The notes beneath the pieces were generated by a model. It ran no database searches. It was not told the DNA's origin and worked only from the letters and a program-made list of their open reading frames with translations. DNA of 64,000 nucleotides from Ophelia neglecta. Lineage: Eukaryota. Below, piece after piece: positions 1 to 12,100 of the stretch. The stretch spans positions 43,772,001 through 43,836,000 of the forward strand of contig OZ260667.1 in the NCBI GenBank assembly GCA_965285935.1, written 5' to 3'. Numbering within the stretch: the first letter of the stretch is position 1; every line of letters starts with the position of its first letter. Made by a program: the position numbers and the translations under genes.

Positions 1-103
1 TCTTTTCCCCCTGATATGAACCGAAACACATATTGAATAATATAAGGTACATATTGTGTTATATTTGGTAAGCATCTTTACAATATGCATGATTTCAACT
101 CAC

Positions 104-3100
104 GGAGGTAACATTCTGTAGAGGAGACTGTCGGTTTTCTTCTTCTCGTCCAGCAGAGCGGACGTTCGCTGGACCACAATGTCCTCCAAGTTACTGGCAT
201 ATTTCTCCAGCTTCTCTATCATTATGTCCACAATGTTAATCCCTCTGAAAAGAAATATATAGAGAATAAAAAAGTGCAATACCAACATTGCATTATAAAA
301 TACAATGTCTCACATTTAATATGGCTCCAAAGATATTCATAAAGCATTTATATAGTTATCAAAACGCATTCAGTTCGCTGCCTAATATATCGGAGGTCCA
401 CTTGAGATTCCAACAATCAACTTAAAACGAGGTCCATACTTTCCCCGGTTCATCTGTCTCATTATTTTCCTGATATGTTTAAATGCTGGTCGCGTGCTCG
501 GGTCCTGTGCCCAGCAAGCCTGCATCAATGACTTGGTCGCGTTGAAATTAGGGAAGTCTATATCCTGGCCGGAGTTGTCATTTGGCAACGGTGGTCGAAA
601 AGGTTCTCCTCGGGCCTCCCTCAATTTAGTTATAATCTCTAAACAAACACGACAAAAATCAGATTCGATCGAACATTGAAAATCGTTAAGCATTATAGTC
701 TGTTTTTTTCTGTTTTAAACCAGCATGAAATTTGTTTAGACTTTCGTTATTAAGGTATATTTACCTTTAGGCGTGAGTTGGCCGGGTTCCACAAAATAAG
801 GGACTGCTCGATAAAGAATTTCCTGAAGTATAATGGCAAAGGAGTAGACATCGCCTGCAGGTGTACCTTTCAAAGAATAAAAAACATATTAAAATCAGTC
901 TAATTAAAGATTAAAAAGTCGAGGATGATAGGTACGGAAATGTCCACGATATCTGGTTAGTACGCGGTTATTAGCAGTATGTCCAGTGTACAATTAAAGC
1001 GTGATATTTATGTTCTGAGGCGCCGTCTCAGATTAACCACTTTTAATTAATCGGTACTATGGCGTATTTGAGCGAAGGAGGAGACAGGGGAATTTATAAC
1101 TAAAACGACAAATGATTGGTGACTATATATCATCGTCACCAGACCCGGCACTCCCTATACGATTATGTCGTCTGCGATTAGTGCTCCGGGAGATACATGG
1201 AGAGGGGTGCTCTTAGGAATGATGGGCGACTATATTGGAAATTATCGTCCAGTTTGTAAGCCACTACAGTCCTATAGCAGTTGATTATTATCTAGATGAC
1301 ACTTACACAGTGGAATGGTGACTCTCCTTTACAACTACATCTGACATTAAAATCAGTTTAATATTAATGTTGATGTCGGTTCAATGCATTGGTCTCTTGA
1401 GAACCAAATGAAAAGAACTCTTTTAAACCTATACAAAGACCATATTACCTTTCCATGCATGCTTCTGAATAGAACACAGATAATTTACCATTAACTGGCG
1501 GACTTTCACAGCGTAACAACTCGGGCGCAGTCCACAACTGTCTCCAGGACTGAGCATACTCCGAATGCCCCTGGAGCCGTTTGATTTTGAACGCAGTCAG
1601 ACCAAAGTTAGATAGTTTTAGAACCCAGCGAGAATCGACCAAGCAGTTCGAACTCTTCAGACATCCGTGTGAGACAAGTGGAGAATCGTGCAGATAGCAC
1701 ATACCCTAGAAAAAGAGCAAGTGTAGAATTGATCATAAGGGAAATCAGTATGGGACCTATAAGATATTCTGGTATCAATACTGAGAACATCATTTTCGTC
1801 ATTTAAAGCTAAGCATGAATATGGCAAAACGTCCATTAAGATATTCACAATTCCCGGGTTGGGGAACGGTTATATTTTTCTCGATTGGAAAAAAAATACC
1901 ATTGACTCGTTTAAAAAGAACCCAACATTCAACGAAGATTTACAAATCAAAACTCGCGGTAGGCCTATAGCATGTAGCGCATTTAGTTTAATTAAAACAA
2001 GCGAAACATATTCTGTATTGTCACGTGACAAATTCACTGATAAAAATTGCGACTCGGCAGCCATCTCTCAAGAGTACAGACGGGCCTTCAGCCCAAGCCT
2101 AAAGATCTGTTTAAACACACAGAGCTATAGAGTATGCCGTGTTTGTAACCAGGAAGTGGAGGATCAGATCCAGTTGTAACCATGGTAGTCCCGCTTATAG
2201 CACCGAAGGAAAACTATATTTTTCCGAGATCGAGTCCAACATTTTGAATGTCTATATCGCTGCCGGGATTTTTACTCATTTGGTTATTTGTTAAATTTTT
2301 GTTCCAATCTGTACAATTTTGCAAGTTTTTGTTATATTTTTTATTTCTGAAAAACATTTTGCAAACAGTAGTAAAAATTTAAAAATAGTAACTTTTTGTT
2401 GGAGTAAAGGTGCAATGCGCAAGTTCTTTGCTACAAATTTTAGCATCCTAACCGAATATTCTGAATGTATTATACTCTCTTTGTTAAAAAGTAGACTCCT
2501 CGCAGGATGCTACATAACTTGCAAAGGCAAGAGTGTATAAAAACTTCCGATCAAACTTCAACCCCCCCCGCCCCCCCCCCCCACGCACACACACACACAT
2601 TCCCATCCCTCTGAGCTATCAATTATGAAACATTCCTTTATAACACTTATAACACCATATAAAGAACGAAATGTATACTTAGTCTCACGTTTACAATGTC
2701 ATTTATCAGAGATGACTTAAACATCCAGTCCAGTTTCACTTCTTCGTTCTCCAGTATGTCCTTTAATGGTAAAACAAGAGTTACTATTTAAGCAAATGGG
2801 TCAGTTTAATAAATTAGTTAACCTTTTTAATATATTTTTTTTACCCAGATTACGGGAACTCTATTATATTAGACTTTTATCGTCATCTAATATTAACGGT
2901 TTATTTTGCTGTTATATTTTACTTATAATGAAACACATTAAAGTTGGTGCTCGGTAAATCACAACCATTGCATTTCTTAAGACGATTTAATATTATGGAT
3001 CTGATCTACTGTCAATTTAACTTAATAAAACCATAATAAAGAGTAAACGATATGTATGAATACCTTGTACTGATGACACCAAACACGCATACATACTAGC

Positions 3101-6100
3101 AAACTAAATGATACCTTTACAATTACCGAAACCTGTTTAGAAACTGTATTTTGTATTCGTATCGCACAAAAAAAACAATAATGGTATCGTGCAATTCACA
3201 TTTACCTAAAACATTAGGTTAGTTGTGATTTAGCTATTGCGATGACAATATCATCGCTGAACCCTCGAGAATAAAATTCACCCAAAAATATCATGACTAG
3301 CAGTATCATAGAATACCTGGAGACTGCCTCTGGTACAGTAGTTACTGAGTGAACATACTCGATGCAAGTCGATACAGGCTCCGACGAAAGGGTTGATGTT
3401 GTCATGGGACATCTCTTTCATCTACAACAAAGATGAAAGTTAATACAAATCGTTATGTGTTACCGTATCTATCAATCTATCACGCGTTCGGCTGCTCGAA
3501 GATTAAAAGTCTGTACTTTTAAAGCGTAGCATATTGCAATATAGGACCGGTTATGCATGAATTTTCCATTCATTTTATCGCATTTTATTCTGGAACCCAA
3601 CAAAATGTGCTGCCAATGACCTTGGCAACATTCAGAGATGGTGGTTTCTAAACCTTGATAGTCTTCTTTCATATCGACTTTTTTACACGTTCATGTACAA
3701 GTTGCATCATTTTTTAGGTTCACTTTTGCTGTAGAACGTGACTGTACAACAGAAGAGTTTGGAAGTCGGTTATCTCAATGGCAATAACGCGACATAAAAA
3801 GGCCTTTGGACGCCTAATATGCCTGCGTGCCTCATATTGGCAACATGGCACCATTTCATCCCAGCGTATCTTGCACAGCTTGTATCACGCTTACTCTGTA
3901 GTTGGGAGATTTTTGCTAGGACTAGGTTCAAATGAGCTAGGTTGTAGAGCATGTTTTCCGTTTGTCTTAAGGGAGCAGATTGAGACGCAATTGATAGTCT
4001 GATGTTCGAGGTCCAAACCACCCGTTGTGCCTGACTAAAGTCAAAGTGATTTTGGAAAAAAAACTGGGTGAATCCGTCTTCCATGTTTTTTTTTTGTTTT
4101 TTTTTTTGAGGAATGATTTGTAAGAGGCATTGGATGTGACTCCTTGAAAGCGGTGCTATCCTGGACATTCTACGAAATTTTTATTGTAATCTTTAGCAGT
4201 CAATTTTACTAGGCCTAGGCCTGTTTGTTTTAATTTAATAACACGACTGGCGTTAATAATTTTGACTTTTGTAAAATGCTTCTTTGCTCTTGTTAAACTC
4301 AAATGCGCTTTACAATATAAAAAAGAAAAAGTACAAGGCCTGTACATGAACCGTGACATTATCATTCCATCCGTTTCTATTATCAGCATGTTTCTGTAAT
4401 ACCTAACTACTACTGTAAACTTATATGTTAAAAAAACATGGATCTAATAAAGTTTGTGCGCAATTCGTCTCGTTTTTAAAAGAACCCGACATCTTGAATC
4501 GCGTTATGAGAAAACTAATGTGTAGAACTCATGGAAAAGCTTCCCTCGGGGCTCGGCTCGGGTCTCGCTCCGGCGGCTTCGCGGCTAGCTATCGTCTGCC
4601 GGGGTTACCACCTTGATTCAGTCGATTGGAGGTGGTACGCGATGAGTTCTTTTACGTACACCTTGTGCACTTATTATTTGATAATCTTCACATCACATTG
4701 TTAAATTAATCATCTTGTATTTTCATTGTAATTATAATCTCTAGAAGAACATTGTTGAGGTTGTAAATTTAGGTCTACTGAGAACGATTTAGTTTCACTT
4801 CTTGACCTTTCTGCTTATTTGCATGTATATTTTTACAGTATGAAAACGTGTACATACCACCTTCAGTTCTACAAGATCAGATCTTGTGAGATTGACAGGC
4901 CCTTCCATTGTGTACGTCTTGACAGCCACAAGAACGTCTGAAAATAATAGTTACTGGCCCTTATAAATCACATCAAACCTGGTGCAAACAGTTTATAGGA
5001 GGGTTGAACATATTCAGGTCTGACGATTTTTTGTATCTAAGGGAAACCTTAAAATTTTGACTTGCCTTTGTACGATGCCACCTGGGTGTATTTCTGTAGC
5101 AATTCCCTGCTCATCAAAGATACACGGGCTGATGCGCTGTCCGAAACTTTACTCAGAACCGCTCTTGAACTTATGGCGGACTGGAAACATTTAAAAGAAA
5201 AATAAAAGGTATAGAATTCATCATGTTTATTGTTGTTTCCGTTCAAAATATGGAATAGATAAACAGTAAGTGTGTACATTTGATGAATGGGCAAGAGTAT
5301 ATATATACTGGAAAATGTGCATGGCACCAGTTCCCAGCTATATAATCATTTTGATATATTCACTTATTTTCCATGGAAAATCAGTGCCATACGCTAGATA
5401 ACAGGTGCTTGGATTGTAAGCATATGTGTTCTAGAATTCAAGTCTTGATGAAGGAAACCACGCGTCTTACCACACTTCCGACACGAGATTTAACGAATTT
5501 TAGATCGTCGTATGATATTTTCCAGATCATACACTGTAGTTCTTCCTCTTGTCTTTTGTTTCTAGAAACATGAAACATCACTACTTGTTTTTATTTCTGT
5601 GCAAATTATGAGCGCTGAGCTTATAACAACACGCGTATAAACAAAAAATAACTATTATGAAAACAGCTAATTGACAACTCTGTGCATCGAACAAACAACT
5701 CACCTGATTTTGACATACATGACCACGACAAATATCCCTAAAGCAAGGCCAATTACTGCACACACTACTAAGGCAATGTTCCGTGCTGAAACAAACGGAG
5801 AACATTTACCCACAACACATGTATACTTGTAGCGTTTATACATCAGATGCGTCGACCTTTCCCAAGCCATGCAGGTCAACGTTTTGAGAGTAGCTAAAAA
5901 CGGCAAAAAACAAGTCATCACGGTTTTTCTTGTAACGTTGCCTATAAGATATTTTCAAATGAAAAAAAGACTGAGCTGTAACCACGATAACTAAGTTTTA
6001 AAGCGGTACTTTAAACGAACACTACATCCAAATGATACTACAAAATAAGCGATATTAGCGGGAAAGTAGTTGGTTACTGACAAGTGTGATCTACTGGACA

Positions 6101-9100
6101 TTTCTCTCCCTTAAAGCCACAGAGCGGTAGGGCAGGTGGGGGTCTCCCGTCGGCTGTCCTCCAGTAAGGCTTCTTAAACTCATCAACAAACTAAAAGAGA
6201 TATAATGGTTTCAGGGTGAATATTACCGACACTGCTTCGAAGGACGGTGGCGGGACGCGGGGGGGGGGGGGGGTGTTCACGGTTTTGGCGCAAGCTAATA
6301 GCGAGTCTTGCCCGCCTTTAAAATTTCAGTGATAAGTCTTGGCAGAATTCACCAAACAGAAAACTATTCGGCACAATTGCAAAGTTACATCAGTAGTTTT
6401 CTTTCACAATGAGACTGAAGGAGGCATAAATCTCCTCCTTCTCCCTTGCACTTCCTTTAGCATAAAAAAAATTAAAATTTGAATATCCAATGGGCGTAGA
6501 ATACACGACCATTTGAAAAATATATAGGTAAAAAGTAAAATATGACTTTGATTATACAAACATTCGTCTTATGGTAATTTGTTTAGTTGGGTACGAATTG
6601 TCCACCTGATTAATTTGCACACAAAAGATTTAGATAGCGGACAAACTTTGACAAACTTCAGTTCATTAGGCCATACCCCTTGTGATAAAAAATCATAATT
6701 GAAAATATATGATAATTGATATACATTTGTATCTTTGGCAATTTTACAACATATATATCATCGAAGCTTGGGCATTATATTTTTGAAAATTATTATGCAT
6801 ACCAATATCTGTTTCTTAAGAATGGTTGAGGAATGTTGTATTTCACTAGTCTTATGTGTTTGGCAATGGTGTGTCGCGCAGAGTCTAAGAGTGTTGTTTC
6901 TTATCGGTTATGCATGCATATGTGTTATGCATGGCTTGTCAAGTATAAGCTTAGTGCAGATATATATGATGATTTGATACGAATTAGTTTGCTTGAAAAA
7001 TATGATTGTGATGGCAGTAAACAGGACAGTGGTGTTACTAGTATGGTACATGTATAAAAAGTTGTACGACCCATAATTCACGAAGTGAGGCATGTCTGTG
7101 TTTGAACAGTGTATGTACTTTAACGTGGGATATATTGACGCTGTGGCTTTTTACTTAGTGCACGTTTTTATTTGGATGTTATCTACCATATATATTTCAT
7201 TGTACATGGGTATTTTTATGAAAAATAATATAATAATAAACACAAATCATTGTTTGCATGGATTCCATTCTCATTATTTGTTGATTAGATATAATAGACT
7301 GATCGTATCTAGGTAAGAAATGATCCAATGGAACTTTCTGGGTTTCAGGCAGGCCCTACATTAATAGGGAAAGAGCTGTCAACATTGACAGAAAACAGTT
7401 TTTATCTATACAGATGCAGCTGTGCGTGTGAGTTCTCAATACACGTGGTATGATAATGAGGCTCTTTAGGCCCTATGTCTAAAATCTCAGTTAAAGACTT
7501 AAGCGGCTGGCAAAACAATTCTACGCATACCAAAGGAAAAATTGCCCTGCTTGATCAGTGATCATAGCTTTAGCATTCTGATGTACCCTTAAAATAACCT
7601 TAGCAACTTTTTTTGCGCGCCCGAATTATACTGACAATATATACTTGAGTGTTTTTCTCTCATGCTTGTCTATTCGTTGACTACTTTTTAGTATTCTGTC
7701 AACCAGGGCAAATATGTTATTATAGAATGAGCTCGTTTCTCGAATTGGTTTAATGTTATGTTCATATACATTGAATAAAAATGGGGTTATAGTTACTGTA
7801 ATAGTACACATGCATTTTAGGTCTACTATGACGCTACAAAAATCAAAGATTAACTTTGAACTGGAATCTCAACATTTTTGTACCCCACAAAACACTCGAT
7901 ACTACAAAACAAAACTTCAATTACACTAGAAATATGGTACAAATAAACGAGTAATAAATGAGTTGACTACTATAGAAAAACGCTCTGTTTGAACCTATCC
8001 CTGAGTTGACTGATCAAATTGCATTTGAAGTTTGTCCCTGTTGCTTCAGTATGACTGAAGTTTCTTTTTTCTTGATTGAAAGAGATAGTTATTGAGACAG
8101 CAAAGCTGGCGAAGCCGTTCTTCATTGATGTTATTTCTTATGTTAGTAATTAAGTCTAATATCTTCATTACCTTCATTTTCTCTGCCGACTGTCGCACGT
8201 AGGCAAATGGCATGTATTGTTTGGCACCAGGAGTGTATTGCATGATCCAAAACTCGGGGGTTCTGTCTCTATTGCTATCGAAGGTCACGCGTCCTGTCGC
8301 TCCTAGGGAGATTGTTTCAGATACAAAATTGGTACTCATTTTGATAATATTATCAACGCAATTATCTACACATCAGAAACTCTGGTGTCTTTTTACAGGT
8401 TTCATACTCCATGTCAATATTGATGATGCTCTCCTTGACTCTCGATAAGGATAAATTACGTATTGGGACTAGTTCTTGAAATATTATCAAATATCCACCT
8501 GTATCAGAACAAGCCTACCTGAAATAAGTCTTTTCTTGGCTCTTTCGTACACATTTGTGCCATTACGTATGTCTTTCCTCGTACCCCCGTCTTGTAGTAT
8601 GTCACCGAGTACAGACAGGTAGAGATAGGTCAGATCTTCTAGTATCATACAACTGATGTGGATCTGTGCATAGTAAAAGTAAGGTATCATGACTTAAATC
8701 ACGAATTTATTGCAAGATATATTTATTTATTAAAGATATAGGTTTTCATACGCGATGCGCAGAAGTTATCTTGGCAAAGGGATAATGTCATAAAACAGCG
8801 AATGAAGCATTATAAGACAATCTGGAGTAGCCTATGGGACCCGGAAACTATTGCCTATTTCATGTGACGGTCTTTCATTGCATCTTCAGACGGAAAACCC
8901 ACCCGTTCAGTAAACGAAATGTTCCATCTCTGGTTAGCTTCTGTCCGAATGCTGTCCACATAGAAACGAGTATAAGAGTCAGTCATGTCTGCTATGGTAA
9001 CCTAGGAGCATAATTAAGAAAAATCATTTGGTAATTAACATCTCTGGAAACACACCAGTGTTAGGAAACATCGAGTCTTGAACTTCGAATAAAATATTCG

Positions 9101-12100
9101 AGTTTCGAATATGAATATCCAGTCTTGCTAGCTTCAATTCAAGGCGATCGCGCCTGTCCCGAATGCTTCTTCGCTCCAATTGGATGCATTGTAATAATGG
9201 TTTATTTCTCACACAGGAAAGTTCCGCTACAATAACTGATGATCAAATCTAAACAGCCTGACCCAAAACACTGCCTACATAGCCTGAATTCATGATATAT
9301 TATATGGATATATATTAGTAGCAGATAAAGACTAAGCAGGAATAAAGTCTCGACCTTCTGCATGGCTACTAAGCAGATCTATAACCGGCTTCGAGGATAT
9401 TGCGTTTGACTCTTGATTTTCTGGTACATAGTGACAGACCGCTAAGTCGTATTTTCCTTTTACCGGCATAGCGATTTCTAACTGTGCGTTGTCTCTCATT
9501 CTTACCGCTTCGAAGCCATATTACACACAGGAATTCAATTTCAATTCAATCAGTTTTTATTGTTTCCAGGTATGTACAAAATAAAACATAATACAAGTCA
9601 TTGAGAATATTTCAACACATGAAGCAAGAAAAAAAATTATTAATTACAGTTTCTTTCAATTTTATCCAAGAAGAAAATACTCGAACGGTTGGGTTGTTCT
9701 CTATAGAGAAAGCTAATGTCTATCACTCGGCTACACACATGAATCCTATTTGGGGCCAAAAGACGGTGGGAAGTCTTGTGAGAAAAAAGACAGTGGCATC
9801 AACTTGTCTCCCCCCCCCCCCCCCCCCCGTCTTACTCGGGCCCTGCCCAATTCTACTCCCTTTTCTGATATATTTTATCAACAAGACATTCCTAAAACCT
9901 TATAACTACTGCTGAATTGTATCAAATATTTGAGGATCTGAACTAAAACGGTAAAGGAGGGTTTTTTACATTTAAAATTCTATGTTTGCAAATATATGAG
10001 ATATAAATGTACTTATTTTAAAGTTGCTGCATGGGGACCCAAATTAATATTTGTTTTTTTTGGGTAAATTTGTACAGAAACATAAATAATTATTTAGATC
10101 ACGTACTTTTTCTTAAACTGATTAAATGGATACACCGTATCTCTATATGTAAGAAGGGTAATATAGGCCTATCTGTAGCCAGTAAGTGCAGACCCATTTT
10201 ACTGACTTGCATAATTTGCATAAACAAGAAACATGTTTAATAATTGTTCTTGGGCCATGAAGACATTTCCGCAGAATAAATCTTGTGAAACACTGCTGGT
10301 TATTACATGCAGTTAATGACTTTTGAGTCCATTGAGTGGAAGTTCGACCGGACTACATTAACTAACCCTAACACAAACCCGGAAGTCCCCCGGTCTTGAT
10401 ACTCTAGTATTTAAAGTCCGCCGGTCTAGAAATTCTAGTTTATTGGGGATCCGGTCTCGAAATTGTGATTGTTACGTCCGCCGGTCCAAAAATACTGGAA
10501 TATTTAGTCCCCGGGGTCTTAGTACGCTAGGGTTTGAGTCCAGGGGACTAAACAGCCGGGAAACAAATAATCTCATACACCAGGATAATGTCAACTGTTA
10601 ACTGGTATCTTAGAGCCAGTGTGCCAATGCTCAACTCTCTTTGATGGGCCTCGCTTATACAGCGGAGGCCCACGTGGCAATGTAAAGTGAAACCTGTGAA
10701 GTAAGGCCGCCAAAGGGACTGGACATATCAGGTCTGATTTCGGAGGTGGTCTGTTAAGACAGCTTATTTAACATAGAAAGTATACATCATGGTTATCATA
10801 TAAGGGGTCTGAACTGACAGGTGGTCTCATTATATAGGTGGTACTTAAGGCAATTTACACTGTGATACCAAGACATACTCTTGCTTCTATCCCAGCTCTA
10901 CACATTATCTTATTCAATATCCCTTTTAGTGGACATGCACACATGGCTTTCATCCTTTTTAGCACACAGACACCATGGAAAATTCATTCTCTCCTGCCAC
11001 TGACCGTTAATAGAATTCACTCCGCACACAACTAGGCTAAGAACCTGAACCAAACTTGGGTTGATGCTACGCAGGAGACCTGCATATTATCTTGTAAAGA
11101 GGAAGATGAAGATTATTAATGGCAGGATGTGTGAAAATGTGATGCTTTAATCGCGGCAGATTTTTTATACAAATGCCTTAGGATTGTTAATAACTTTAAT
11201 ACTCCAATATTAAGGGGGAATTATCCTTGGGTCTACAGCGAAAACACTATTGATGTTCTCTTTTATCTTAATTAATACATTCCTAACCCCCCCCCCCCCC
11301 CCCTCCTTCCACCAATACACACATAGAGACCACTTCGCTACTTCTACAATTAACTGTGGGTTCTCCTACACTTTTCAATTTTCCAGAAGAACAAATTGCA
11401 TTTATGTATTTATGTACCCTCATATGTGAAGGTTTCAATAAGATTTTTATGTGTGAATTTGTCGTACTCCAACATCAGCTTATCATCACGCAACTCCCCC
11501 CCCCCCCCCAAACCATCCCCTCCTCCTTAATATTATTGATGATAATCTCTTGTTGACGATTCGATTCTAACATGATTCAAACATGTACTCTATGCAATTT
11601 CTTCTTAATGTTAGTTGAAAAAGAGTTCCATCCTTCCAAATACTCTGTGTGAAACAACAGACACATCTCTTATACTCTGTGACAAGCACCACCAAATTAT
11701 GCAATTACCGGTACACCTAGAATTTGTCCTCATAATTATAACGGGGAGTTAGGCAAATATTTTTAAGATTACACGACCCCTGGTAGACGGACACCTCGCC
11801 AGACGACACCTCGCCGGGAGTGTAATTAGTCACGTTGACACCTCATAGTGGGCAATCTCATCGCAGCGACACCTGGTTCCCTTATATAGATTATCGACTA
11901 TAACGTGACAACCGATAGGTGTAAACATGTTGGTATATCTGTGTGTATCATGACCTAAATAAGCAGAATTCTGTTTTTAAATAAAAATTAAAAACAAAAC
12001 CTTCATATGGTGAATAGAAAACGCACATTCTCTCTCTCTCTCTCTCTCTCTCTCCCCCAGCCCCCAGCCCCCGCATATAAACTCTGACAAGTCCTAACAC

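Noticed and set aside
1-103. rGC-A appearing to lack a cyclase domain (clearance-receptor-like)
   Set aside because: The last visible exon ends at a normal phase-2 donor identical to paralogue B, so the remaining exons simply lie outside the window.
3440-4620. Intronic ORFs (up to 132 aa) possibly from a decayed transposon or nested gene
   Set aside because: I could not identify a domain, TIRs or a TSD. It would need a BLASTX/Dfam search.
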